Made by a program: the position numbers and the translations under genes | Assembly (NCBI RefSeq): GCF_000150275.1 | Contig: NW_002060946.1 | Coordinates: forward strand, 2,809,454-2,873,453 | Direction: 5' to 3' | DNA from: Trichoplax adhaerens | Lineage: Eukaryota > Animalia > Placozoa | DNA: 64,000 bases | Notes under the pieces: generated by a model | Databases searched by the model: none | Told to the model about the DNA's origin: nothing | Seen by the model: the letters and a program-made list of their open reading frames with translations, nothing else | Shown here: positions 13,700 to 28,000 of the stretch, one piece after another | How the letters are laid out: each line of letters starts with the position of its first letter | Numbering within the stretch: the stretch's first letter is position 1

Positions 13700-16600
13700 T
13701 ACTTGAAATTTTTTCGCTTACATTCAAAGCTGCATATTTGGATTAGAATTCAGGTAAAATTTATGGTTTAGGATAGCAAAAATTGAATTCAATAGTATAG
13801 CTAAGTTTTGTTTGGAAATTAGCTCACCTACTTGAAGTAACTTACGAGAAATACAGATTTGTAAAGCAATTAGTCTCGAAACAATTACTTATTATATTCT
13901 TTTAACTAAAGATTTTTATTCTTGTACAATTTGACTAACTGTAAAATTTTTTGAATTACCTATCGACATGTAATTTAATAAAATGATAATAAAAGAAGTC
14001 GATAAATGTAATAGAAAGTTAAGTTTAAATTAACTAATTCCAGTTATAAATATACCAATATCTTTTATGAAACCTTATTTAATGTAGTAGAACTGACTTT
14101 GTATCTGTATGTGTTTCGCTGAAAATAGTAATCGATCAAGTATATTAATATCATATTATTTGACAATTGCCCTTTTCTTTACAACTATGGATATCAAGAC
14201 CATTTGAGAATATAGATTTGATATTTTTATTCAATCTAAATAGTTTGTTTCTCATCTAAAATATATTGTGAAGTAGGAATTTTTTGTATTTTATTTTACT
14301 AGTATATTTCGCTAAAATAGGTTCATGAGGAGAAATATTTCCTTAGCTAATTAAATTTCGCATTTTTGGTATTCTTCGAGTGTTGGGTGTTAATACCATC
14401 AGGCTGACAGATTCACATCTTGATTTCCTCTAAATCTGTCATTTAAATCAAGTTACATTATGGGATTATTTTATATCACTCATCCTTTAATCTATTACAG
14501 AACTGAGTTAATCAGCTACTCTAGACAGAATTAGCTTTATACCATGCTCTTAACCTTTCTTCGTAATTAAATTCCTGAATATTAAAAGTGTTCCAATTAA
14601 TAATTTTTATACAATACTTAAATCCAATTAGATTATATCTAAAATTAAATTATAGCATAATCTACTTTAGGACTATTTTCGTATTATTTCTCATCAGTTT
14701 TTGTAGAAATATTATAATATATATGCGTGACAAAATCGATTTAATTTCTCATATATAGACTTGATTACAGGACTCTAGGACTTTTTTAGTACGTAGATTA
14801 CCGATATAAGTTACAATATCTTCTATAATGAAATGAAATGAAATTAATTTCCTGATCTACTGTATTTATTTCGGTCAAAAGTAATATTGCATACATAATA
14901 GGATCGGTAATTACTATGAAATTCCATACTTTTCCATACAACTGCATGATTGAAATGGTCCAGCTTGCGTGCAACTAATCATAATTATTAGACAGAAAAG
15001 CTGTCAGATAATTTACTTACAAGTTCGGTAGCAAGTTAAAAGTCTCTTTTTACTACAAAAGGTGCAAATACAATAGTTGTCTATAGCGATATCACTTTCC
15101 ATTCACTATTATGAGCTTAGATTGATTCATATAATACCTAAGAAGAGTGAATGTGTGTATGTGGAAAAGCAGGAGATTCTTTACTAGTAAAAGACAAATT
15201 GCGACATTCCGCGAAATTTATCTTCACTAATCTATGTTTGAATCTAATTTTGATAGCATACACCATACCTTCAAGTCCAAGGATGGCTATAAAGTTTATC
15301 ATCTACCTATGCACTGCCACTCTTTTGGCATCCACAGTGACTGCAGATTCGAATATTTTAAATTCGAAAGTTCCATATTACTATGGATGAAGATTTAAAC
15401 TATAAACTCGATTGGACATTTGATCGTTTTCAAAAAACAATGACTTTTACAGTCCGTGTCAAAACGACAGGATGGGTAGGATTTGGAATATCTCCTTACA
15501 CTGGTAAAATGCCAGGATCTGATGTTGTAATCGGATGGGTAGATAGCAGTGGTAAAGCTTATCTTCAGGTGAGAATAGATAAAAATCTTAATAACAATTC
15601 CGATTGAAATAATGATAAGCTATTGCGGTCTTTCAATAGTATATTATATCATCAAGGCCGGAAAGGATTGGAGTAGCATTAATTAATTTTATTTCTGTTT
15701 CGTTTTAGGATCGATATGCAATAGGCCGTACATTGCCAGAGTTAGATTCAACTCAAGATTATAAGCTCATATCAGGTTCTGAAAGTAATGGCATAACGAC
15801 CCTAAAATTTTGGAGAAAATTTGATACAGGAGACTCTAAAGATTTAAAACTAGATGTAAGTCATCCTATTTATGACAGCTTTACTACTTAATATCTCATA
15901 AATATGTATTGATCTCCTTAGACCGGAACGACCAGATTGATTTGGGCCTATAATGATAATGATCCTATATCGACCACTAACATTCCAATGCACAATAAAA
16001 TGGGTACTCGTAGTGTAAATCTGTTTGAGAGGATGTCGGAAAAACATAAGCCTGTACTGCCATCGGATTATCGAACACATGAATTTAGAGCACCAAACGT
16101 AAGTAAATAGCCAATAACTTTTATTGTTTTTACTTTTTATTCACCTATTATGGCTAATACTATTTATAACAGATCTAGTTATTATAATTATTAGTCCTCT
16201 AATTGAACTAAAAACTAAATTACTAATCTCTATCCTTGTTTAATCGTAGAATAATCTTATAAAGGAAGGAAACAATTATCTTAAGATTTTTCTAGTCAGA
16301 ATCAGCTAAATCTAATCAAAATAGCCGTAGTAGTTAAGAGGTACCTTAGAACATTCACCGATATTCTATGGTTGAAAAGATACTCTATAAATATATAGTC
16401 ATAAAATTGTAATTAATAAATATACTGCATGTTTTGGACAGAATTAGTACATAATAAATCATATTTCAATTACCATTTACAAGCAGTAGCAATAATAATA
16501 TAACATGCAATCATAAAATACTTTTATTTCTGGGGAAGTGGAATTCTGTATATGCTGAGAATCACTGAATTAAAGTCAGTCATTAACTATAGTTGAAAGT

Positions 16601-19600
16601 TTTTTGTATAGTACTTTTATCAATTGTGAGTGATGCATTATCACTAAGCATCTTAACTGACCTGAGTTATGATGTGCAGAAAACTTTTGCTTGAAAAGGA
16701 TGGTAATGTAATAATTTATGCAAATTTGCTTAATCAAAGGAACTGATTGCTATATTATACAGGTAAGCATACCTAGAACTCATACTACTTATTGGTGTGT
16801 TGGATTAAGAATGCCTGAACTAGCGGAAAAAAATCATGTCATTAGGGTAGGAACGGTTCATCTTTTAAAGTTAATTCTTAGAGTTGGCTTTTTATGTTGG
16901 CTAATGATAGCTTACTGCGACAAAACCTGTTCTACAGTACTAACTTTACTCAATGTTTGATTTACATAAATGTAATAACGTGTCTCAAAATCAGAAATAA
17001 TTAAGATTTGATAACTTATAATGTTCACTTTTATATAAACTACTTCTTCAATTATGAACAAAACTAATTATTTAAGTAACTCTGGAGATGAAATCTCATA
17101 ATACAAACATTAAGATTCAACCATATTTATATCTATAATTTCTAATTAATCTAACATCAAATTACTCGCATAATTTCTGGTATCCAATCACCTTAATAAG
17201 ACATTCCTAACCAATACTACAGTACTACACTATAATACTTACTCTAACTATTTAGTGGCATACGTACTTAACGCAATCTTAAGATTCCAGTAAATCTACG
17301 ATCTTGCAGGCACGGTATCAATCTTACAATTTTACATTTCACTTGATGACTTCCTACAATCTGTTAAGCTATTTTCGGGGGAGCGATTCTACAATAATGA
17401 ATTTTATTACCAATCCTCCATCGATTTGAGATACTATAATAAGTGATAGTACAACAAACTCTGGTAGAAAAGAAAAATTTCTCATCACAGTTACAAATCT
17501 TAAATCAACGACTCAGATTTAACTCTAAAGAAAAAAGAGCAGCTGCTTATCAAATATGATACTTGCATAACGTATACAATATAAAGATTGTGGACAAGGT
17601 CACTCTTGAACTTAGATTTGCTTCTACAGACTTACTTCTAATTTACTTATATACAACATGTTGAAAACAATAACTTATGTAACAGCTCTACTGCAGTCAG
17701 CACATAAAATAGATTTTTGACTGCCGATACGTAGTAGGAAAAACGCACTATATTAACTATTTAATTATATTTGTCAAATTTGTAGATTGATCCTATCGTA
17801 ACGGAAGGTAATGAAGGCGTAGTCCATCACATGGTACTCTATGAATGTGATTCGGACCCTAAATGGCATGGTTATAGTTCAGACTGTTCGAGTAGAAATA
17901 TGCCAATTCACTTAACTGGGTGTCGTGCTGGTGCTGTTATAGCAAGTTGGGCCGTTGGTGGTGAGGTAAGTCTGCAATTTTATCATATTATCAAAAAAAG
18001 AAATCAGTCAAGGGAGATTTATTCCTTCTTATCGATGTTACATTATCTTTCTACTTTTCTATGCTGGGCATAGTCCAATATTTTTCCAGCTCATACAGGA
18101 TTGGCTATCGGGGGTAAAAATAGTCCTAAATTTACAGTTGTTGAGATGCACTATGATAATCCCCAAGGTAGATCAGGTGAGTGGTTATCTAATTGCTTAT
18201 GATTAACTTATTTCAGCTTATTATAGGTAGTATATGTAATATACAAAAATATTAACGTTGTCTTTAATGTTCCTATCTTTTGTTTTGATCATGGTATTTT
18301 CTCAGATTTTATCGATACTTCCGGCTTCAAAATATTTTATACTCGACAATTACGTAAATACGATGTAGGAGCTTTAACTTTGGGCTATGGGGTTATACCA
18401 ACGATGACGATCCCGGAAAGACAAGACGAATGGAATATCACCGGTTATTGTCCTCAAATGTGCACTGAACGGGTAAAGACTTTAATTGCTTAAATTTATA
18501 TTTTCATAATATTTTTACAATAGTACTAGCATATATCTCGTATTATGATTGCACAGTAGTTATGTAATACCTGAGCAATTCTTTATTTTTCTGTTAGGCC
18601 TTACCTAAGTCAGGTATCAACGTCTTTGGTGTATTCTTTCATACTCATTTAGCAGGTATACATAGAATACTGTATTAGCAAGGGAGCTATTATTTTTAAT
18701 TACGGTACATTGACGGTTCACAGTTGGCTTGTTTATAATTTATGATTAAAAATTCTATTCTATTTTCCTTGCAATCGACCTTTGAAATGCATTTGTTGTG
18801 AAGGTAAGGGCTTATATACAAGACACTTTAGAAATGGCAAAGAATTGCCATTACTCGCTCAAAATAAGCATTATGACTTTAACTATCAGGTAAATCAATC
18901 AATTCTATTATTGTAAATGGTATATCATGACTGAAAATAATGTGAAAAGAAAAGTAAGATAAAATTCATTTATTAAAGTATCGTTGTCTATTCTTTTCGT
19001 AGGAGATTTTATATTTGAGAAATGAAGTCAAAATATTTCCGGTAGGGTACATATTATGGCTCCATGTTATAATCCTATGGCTTTTTCACAATTGACTCCA
19101 TTTAACTTACATAGGGAGATTCATTTGCTGTAACTTGCAGCTACAAGACCACTAATCGTAATACTACTACAATTGTAAGTAATACGAAATTAGAAAGTAT
19201 CTAGGTTTCAGCATAGTATTCATCTGTGTATCTTTAATCCTAAATTCTACGTATAATTATATTCTATAATTTAGGGAGGCGAAGCAACTAGTGATGAAAT
19301 GTGTCTTACTAACCTATTTTACTATCCTAAGTTGCCGTTTTCAGTATGTGTTACATATACATCGCCAGCTAATCTTGCCCCATTCTATGGTAAATTAATG
19401 GCGTAAGTCTATCCGTAAATATTTTATCTACATGCGTAGATTTCTAAGGCTATGGTAAACGCGAACTGATTAATTAATCCATAGATTTTACTTGTGAAAA
19501 TATCCATTTCAATTTTTCTGGTAACACAATGCAAGGCATCAAGATAAAATATAGTGATGTTTATTTCCAATATCAGTAGCACTACCAAGTAAATTAATAT

Positions 19601-21930
19601 TAACAGTAATAAAGCTTTTCGGGTGGTTGAAACCTTCAAGCTTTGCAAATTTACTAATAGAAATACGTATCCATACTCATTTGCTAGGTTATAACAATCT
19701 ACCATTATAGCAAAAATAAGCAAAAATATATAGAGGTCAAACTAATAGTATACTGTAGCCAGCGAAGTATCTCTATCTTTATGTGACAAATTACCATATA
19801 TTATTGGCAATAATTTAATTGTTTGGTAAGTAAAAAGTAGATTTTAATCAATGTAAAATACATTAGTAGATGAAAAAGATCTGCTTACATCTACAGTATA
19901 CTAATTAAAGTTAAAACGTATCTATCGATTATTGCCGTTTAAAGAAAAACTGAGATAACAATCTCATACTAAAGAAAACATCATAAATGTACTACTTGTA
20001 ATTTGTGTAAACACAGATAAACTTGCAGTGGTTAAAGTTAACATTACTTAAGCTCTCGACAATTAGTAATTTAGGAACAGCAGCTTTCAACATTAAGCTG
20101 TGAAATAATTTAAATGCTTCTCTGTTATGTAATCATGTATGAAATTTTTGCAACTATCCGTGAGTTCTTCCATTTTAAGAAAACATTACGACAGTGAAGA
20201 TTTCTTCTGTGCTATGGGCTACGCAATGTAGTAAAGTTAATTCTCAAGTCCCAGTAGTAGCACTATCATCACGCTTACTATATGAAGTTAAGCTTTCACT
20301 TGTTATTAAATACGAAAATTGTACTACTATATCTTTATGGGGTAAGGGAAATAATCATGGCCATCTACGTATGCTTCATACTCTACCGTTATTCTTATTA
20401 GCAATTTCGATACTAAATAATATTTAATCTCGCTGTTAAATCTTATGGCACTACGTCAAACTGCTGTAATCTTTCTTGATTATTCGTCAGTGTATTAACT
20501 AATCAGTTCTAGTACTCCGATTTGAGTTCCAGGATAATGGAATATGATCTATACCTATCGATTTGTAATTAAATTTTTCTTAGACAAGGTAAAATGCCTA
20601 TACCCGCTTCAAATAGCACCAAAGATTTTGCAGCTGCAGTTAGAAAAACTGCGATAAGGGATAAAACATTGCTTAAGGAACTTGGGTACCTACAAACATA
20701 TCGTGCTCCAGAAATGTTTTGTGCAGGTCATAACCTTTCGATCATCATGGATGTAAGTAATATCATTCGCTTTATAATAAAGTTATCTTAATACAGTGTC
20801 ATAATTTATTCTATAGTCAAGGATTACCGATCTTTTAGCTAAAAATGCAATTTTAATAGACTTTTAATCGCCTTTAAGGATAATAATATTTTTCATTTTA
20901 TGTATCCGTAGTATGTTTCTACTCAAATTTCTGATCAATTTCCATTTTACTTTTACCTTCATGACTGAAAATTGGAATCAAATAGCACTATGGCCAAAAA
21001 ATTCCTAATTTCTTACCATCGGTGAATTATACAGGATCGGCTATAAATGCTGCTATTACAGCAACTTCAGTCAATCTGATTTCATTGATTATTTATGCAG
21101 TTTTGGCAGCAGCGCTAGTACTTTAGAAAGCTCGTCTCACGCGCATATGTGATGTTCAACATGTCCATATGTATCGGGCGCATGTAATCTGCTTTTTATT
21201 GGAACAATCATTAGCTATTAGCGAAGTGACTAAATTAAACTCCTGCTTTCATGTTTGCAATGTTGTGGTGAAGATCATTAGCTATTTTAAGAAGTATAAT
21301 CAGTAACTAAACATAGCTGGTGTTTTATTAGAATATAAGATTTCAAAATTTAACGTGAGCTAGTAATTTGTAACATGAAAATACGCTGTGTGTCTGTTAC
21401 AATCCTTGATTACCTCTTTTGTAGAGTAAAGCGGGGTTAAATGAAATAAATTTGATTCCTATGATATTAAGCCATTATAGTGCGACGTACAAGTAAGTTA
21501 TAAGTATTCTTCAGCTATCTCAACTCGTAGTATAAATTTTGCACGTTACTTCTTACGTGCTCTACATTAATTATTCAAAGTAGTGGTAACACAATATTAA
21601 TTTACTTCTTATAGCTAGGAAGTATGTACAGAATGCTTGTAATATCAATATACTACTCCCAGAGATAACCAAAATTAGCCAGTTAAAGCGAAATAATAAT
21701 TTAAGAATACATTATGGGTACATTATACTAGTACGAAGTACTTTAAACCGATAGTTATAAATTAGTCGAGAATGATGCTTTGTTAGGGTAACTATATGCT
21801 TCAGCTAAAATAAGTGCACATATTTATATGTAAAACTACGTCAAAGTTAGACTTATTTAAATCATCTGATCTCTTTGATTAAGATGGCGGGCTTAAAGAA
21901 GAAATGTACTTGAACTAAGTATTTTACTAT
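13700..21930 (+). repeat. Segmental tandem duplication, copy A (MOX3 plus flanks); copy B is ~25010-32540
   Basis: Non-coding similarity extends beyond the exons: ~13747 aattcaggtaaaatttatggtttaggatagca vs ~25061 aattcaggtacaatctatggttgaggatagca; ~14083 tgtagtagaactgac vs ~25402 tgtagtggaactgac; ~21837 tacgtcaaagttagacttattta vs ~32436 tacgtcgaaattaaacttattta. Introns are also alignable. Boundaries approximate. Confidence 0.8.
15283..21126 (+). CDS. MOXD1-like: MOX3: DBH-like monooxygenase, 14 exons, single frameshift in exon 1 (young pseudogene, polymorphic allele or assembly error)
   Basis: Exons 15283-15568 (frameshift at ~15367-15370), 15709-15855, 15922-16098, 16763-16846, 17786-17965, 18074-18176, 18306-18472, 18598-18655, 18804-18889, 19003-19041, 19115-19174, 19275-19402, 20584-20752, 20986-21126. 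The signal peptide (ORF 15151..15390) and DOMON (ORF 15383..15607) lie in different frames. All downstream exons are open, with HHM, EMHY, HTH and DEMC intact. Confidence 0.88.
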
Positions 21931-24900
21931 CCTATAATTGATTCTTTGCGTTTCTTCAACCCGATCAGTATACGAGGCCTTGGACCAAATCGAGATTTGT
22001 AACGTGAGAGTTAAACTGACTCGAGGGTCTCACAAAAATTACTACCACTTTTGGGTAAATTAGTTAACACTTTATTATCGCACCAACATAGCTGTTATAT
22101 TCGTTTAAATTACTCAACAGTAAAACAGGTCAGAAGTAGTCATCTAATCGGAAGGCGATAACTCATGTAAAGTGTCGCAAATAGGACCTTGCTTAACGCT
22201 AGTCAATTTCTTTAAATTACTTAACATGTATTAAGATCTCCAATAAAGTTACAGATCAATTTAATGCGATTAAGATATTATCTGCTTTCTGGTAAGTTAT
22301 TCCAATTTTACTACAAGTAAATCAGGTTATTAAACTAGTCAGATGAAATTATTCTTTAAAATGATCTAATTATTAGTATTGATGTTACTGCTAATCTACA
22401 TGAAATTTAAGCCGCAACAGTTTAAATGCGTACCGTTCACTATAAGCTTATTCGTGATTTCTTATTTAATTAAGCAAGCAGTTGTAAACCTAGCGTAAGT
22501 GGGATTTATTAATTATGACGATACCTTTCAGTTATGGTGCGTGCTATCATTCGGTAAAGTAGCTTGATATTGATGAATGATGTATAATACGTGTGATCCG
22601 ATCATATCCATAATACAAAAATTAAGCACAGTGGATATAGCATTCATATTTTGCAAGTATACCACCAAAATAAATCATCTGTATTCCTAATAAAATAGGA
22701 TTCGAAAATAATTGTTTCAGCTACAACGGTCTATAATATTTGAAAAATTTTTAATATAATCTGAGGCAATAGGAGATAAAGAGTTTATCATGTACCTGTA
22801 AAGCAAGAGTATACGTAAACTACTAAGAATTTCTTGCAACTGTCAATTTAGAGTTTCTAATCGCTATTGATCAATTTTTAATTGTAAATTTACAGTGAAT
22901 TGATATGATTGAACAGCCATATATTGCATATTTCCTTTTGAAGTACAATTAGCAACATACTATATAAACGGTGGAGCAAAAGTGTAAAAGAATTTATCGG
23001 TACAACCTAGAAACGCATAAGCTGATCAGATGGCGGATACGACACTATCATTAGCAATGAAATACTATATTTATTGAATTTATAGTGCTTATGTAGCTTG
23101 AATTCACATTAAAACTGATGAGATTTCCTTATGCTATATTAGCCGAGAGCTCTCTATATTATTCAGTTAACCTGTACACCATGAATCGTAAAATTGAACA
23201 GACACTCTTGTGCTGTCAGATAACTCAATACCATGCCTGTATTAGGCGTAAAACCAATTAAATTCTACTGCAATGCTAATGTTCCTACGGTTTATCTAAC
23301 TTCAAAGCCGATTTAGTGCTCATAGTATTCAAATCTTATTGCAGTCTGCGGGTATTATGTTACGCGTAATTATATCTGTATATTCTAGATGTATTACTAA
23401 ACATTCATACAGTCTCGACAGGAAAGCAGATGAATAGATTTATTACAACTGATAATCGCTCGATATTTATATATCTTCGATACACTTAAAACTGGCTAAA
23501 TCTTCTCACATGGTATTGTCTCTGCTAAACATTAAGTTACTACTACATCCCACGATCGATCTAATTTTCGCAGCCGATATAGACAGATGGAAATATTAGA
23601 ACAGCTCTAAACTGCAGCGTATCGTTCAGTTTTCCATGCGAGTACAGTCTAATTTAATCCAAATCCGCTACCATCACTAACAGTGACTATCAGCTCAGAA
23701 ATACCGTGATTTTCAGTACATCTTCCTGTAATGAATTAGGCCAAATAAGATGTTTAGCACAGATCATTTAAAGGTTAAGGCCGTGGCTGATAGTCTCCAA
23801 CTATTTCTCATTAATAATATAATTTAAGTTAGCATTGGATTGTAGATTATTTACCATGGTTATTATCATGTACGGTAGTGTAACTTTCTATATTTATCTA
23901 AAAGTATACTTAATGCTGAGAGCATATTTGGTAGCTCAGAGCCATAGATTATAGTTGAAAATTCTACGTCTTTGTTTTATGTTAAGAGTGCAGGTGACTG
24001 TATACTCGTACAGCAGGGTTTTGTTTCACAATTGATACTAGAGGTAAAAATAGATAGGCAAATGTATATTAGGATATGGCTAGTTCATCGTACCTTGGCT
24101 TGTAGAAATATTGTCTACGTAAATGCTGTAGCTGCTACTATGTTAGATTATAGATAGTCCACTTTCCAAAACGTTGTCACTAATAATAATCTGGATAGGT
24201 ATAAATAAGGTAGAAAGTGGTTATACTGATTATTGCTGCAAATGCTACGAAAAGTATATAAGCAGGCAACTCTAGGTTACTCCAATGGTTCTTTCTAAAA
24301 GTCTTTCTAGTGATTCTATTCGAATAGAGTAGAGCTGTGTGTAGATTATCTTTGTATAAAGATATAATAAAGTTTAAATTTTTAAGAAATTTTAAAATTT
24401 CGTGATCGGTTTTATCACGGCGCTTTTATCTATTCTTTGCGATTAGGAGTTTGTATGCAGTTACAAAATACGAACCTCAAATGCACCGGTAAGAGGCTAT
24501 TACATTCCAATTCTTTATTTTTTAATAATTCGTGCACACATAAAACTACTCCATATAAATTATACTATACTATAGGAAAGATATTTTAAACAAGAAAATC
24601 AATGTTTAATTACAACGTGATTGTAGTGATTTCAGCTAATTACAGTCACATGATATGTTTTGATTATTAGTTTTAATGAAATATTAATTAGGTTGAGTTC
24701 TATTCATCAAAATCCTATCAGTAAACATATCATTTGTTTTAAAAACAACTGTTGCTAACGCGTTATTAAATCTTGTGACTTTTTAAAAAAATCCGTATTA
24801 TACCGTACTGTATTAAAAATGATGCTATTCAAGTAGTAATTTTTCAAGTTATCGCAGTTAGTATGATTCGAAACATTAAAGTGTATTGGAAATTAAATTC

Positions 24901-25009
24901 TACTTATTTGGCTTTGTAACATACGTGAGTATACCAAAATACCTTTATATATATATAGCATTAACTTATAACATACTTAGCTCTGAGGATAACAGCCAAC
25001 TGAATTATT

Positions 25010-28000
25010 CACTGTGAATTGAAATTTTTGCTGGCATTTAAAAATTTCTATTGGAGAAAAAATTCAGGTACAATCTATGGTTGAGGATAGCATAACCCCA
25101 ATTTCGACAATTTAGTCGAGTTTCCGTTAAGAATTAGTTTATTTGTTATAGTTATTGCATGAGAAATACAGAAAGTAGACTCAAATAATTTAAAAAGTCA
25201 TTAACTGCCGTACGTTTATTATCTAAAGATTTTTTGCTAGCATAATCAGATTGATAACTATGGAATTTTAGTTTAATTATACCATCAAGATTTAATTTAA
25301 AATATAATAGACATACGCCATAAATGCGACAGAAAGCTTAAGTCTAAATTAATTACATCGGAATTTAAATATACTAATACCATTTATGGAATCTCGCTTA
25401 TTGTAGTGGAACTGACATTTTATTTTTGATGTACTTGCTAGGAATAGTTAATCACTCAATTACAATAACATCGTGCTATGTAAAACTAGTACTTTTCTTT
25501 GCGAGCGTAGTTATCGAGACTATTTAAGCTGACTTGATTAAATCTAAATAGTGTGTTTTTTATCTAAAATACATTATGGACCAGAATTGTTATGCTTTAT
25601 TTTGCTTTTATTTTTCACTGAAATAGATTGATGAAGTATTTATGCTACCTTAGCTTATTAAACACCGTACCTTTGCTTTCTTTTAAAATTGGATGCTAAT
25701 GTCATCAGACCTAGTAGATTTATATCGTGCTTTCTTCTAAATTTCTATCTCTCATTCGAATTAAATTTCATTCTGGGATTAATTTCATTTCGTTTATGCT
25801 TTAAAGTATATAAACTGTTACTGAACTAAGTTTATCTTCATGCTTGGCAAAATGGGCTCCATGATGTCCTCTTGGTTATTCTTCGTAGTTAAATTATTGA
25901 ATATTAAACATGCAGAAGTTGATAACTTATACATCACTTAAATCGAAATTGACTACTTCTGAAAATTAGATTACAGCATAAACTGCTTCAGGGCTACTGT
26001 CTATCGTTTATCATCTGTTTCATCGATATATTTTAGTAATTTGCATGCAATAGTTTCAACTTTAGTTTCTCACTTGTTGACCGAATCACTGGACTCTAAA
26101 AGACTTTCCCAGTCGATAGAGCTCTGATTTAAACTATAATATCTTCTAGAACAAAACTGACTACAAGGTCTTTCACATCTATTTCGGTTAAACATAACTT
26201 AAAATTGCATATATTGTAGAATTGGTAGTTCCGGTAAAGTACCGTAATTTTCGGTAAATAACTCTATGATTGCAATAGTCCATGTTATATGATTATAATT
26301 ATTAGACAGATAGGCTATCAGATATTTTAATTTGAAATTAGACAATAGATCAGAAGACAAAGAGTACAAACTTAAAGCTTTCCATAGCGATATCTCTTCT
26401 CATTCTCTAACATGAGTTTAGATTATTCATATTTATATGGAGAAGATTGCATGTGTATTCCAAAGAAAGCGAGGCTCTTTGTTAATGGATAAATTTTATA
26501 ACAGCTCATGAATTTATCTCGGCTAATCTATGTTTAAATCTAATTTGATAGTATACTCTGCCCTTTCAAATCCAAGTATGGCTATAAAGTTTGTCGCCTA
26601 CCTGTGCGTTGCTACTTTTTTGGTATCAGTAGTAGCCTCAGATTCAAACATCTTAAACTCAAATGTGTTCCATGTATCTATGGATGAAGATCTAAAATAC
26701 AGACTCGACTGGACGTTCGATCGTTCTCAAAAAATAATGACCTTTACAGTTCATGTCAAAACGACAGGATGGGTAGGATTTGGAATATCCCCTTACACTG
26801 GTAAAATGCCCGGATCTGATGTTGTTATCGGATGGGTAGATAATAATGGTAAAGCTTATCTTCAGGTGAAAATCATTTGAAATCTTAGTAACGATTCCGC
26901 TTAAAATAATGAAAGCTAATGTATCCTCTCCAACATCATTCTATGTCGTTATAACCGAAAAGGATTGGAGTAGCAATAATTTTCTTTCTGTTTCGCCATA
27001 GGATCGATATGCAACAGGCCGTACATTGCCAGAGTTAGATTCAAGTCAAGACTATAAACTTGTATCGGGCTCTGAGAGTAATGGCACAACAGCAATAAAG
27101 TTTTGGAGAAAGTTTGATACAGGAGATACTAAAGATTTAAAATTAGACGTAAGTCATGCTATTTATGACAGCTTATACCAATTAACATCTCATAAAATAT
27201 GTTTTGAATAATTGATCTCGTTAGACCGGAACAACCAGATTGATTTGGGCCTATAATAACAAGGATCCTGTATCGACTTCTAATATTCCAATGCATAATA
27301 AAATGGGCACCCGTAGCGTAAACCTGTTTGAGAGGATGCCGGAAAAAGATAAGCCTGTACTGCCATCAGATTATCAGACATATGATTTTAGAGTACCAAA
27401 CGTAAGGAAATAGCTAATAACATTTATTGATTTGACTTATTGCTTGCTTGCTACAGCTATAACCATACCAAATGGATCCTGTCAGTATGCATTAAGCTCA
27501 AACAAAACTGGAAACTAAGTTATCAGCTCTAACATTGCTTAGTTACATAATTCTCTTATAAATGAAGAAAAATCTATACCTTTTTAAGATTTTTGAGTTA
27601 AGAGCCAGCTTAATCTAATCACAGCAGCAGTAGTTAAGAGATATCTTAGAACATTTATTCTCGGACTGAAAAATAATCATCAATTACAATTAATGAGTAC
27701 GCTGGATGTTTTGGATAATATTAGTATAGTGTGCAATAAGTCAGATTTTCAATAATTTATCAGTCATAAAGCCATAGCGATGATAGTATGCTATTATAAA
27801 CACTCCTGTATTTTGAGAACTAGAATTCTGCAAATGTTAAGAATCATCGAGTTGAAGCCAGTTATTGCTGCAGTTGAAAGTCTTCATATACTGTATGGCA
27901 ATGTTTTAATTCTTTGCAAATGCATCGGTGAAGCTACCGAATGTCGTGAGTGTTGTACATAATACTCTTGCTCGTTAAACAAAGGTAGAAAAATTTATAT

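Noticed and set aside
19424-20427. ORFs 19424..19723 (-) and 20194..20427 (+)
   Set aside because: Inside MOX3 intron 12; not preserved as ORFs in the homologous MOX4 intron.
21930-25000. Possible aminopeptidase relic between MOX3 and MOX4
   Set aside because: Looked for the APN terminal exon motifs on the minus strand and found none by eye; the duplication seems to end before the APN1 stop.
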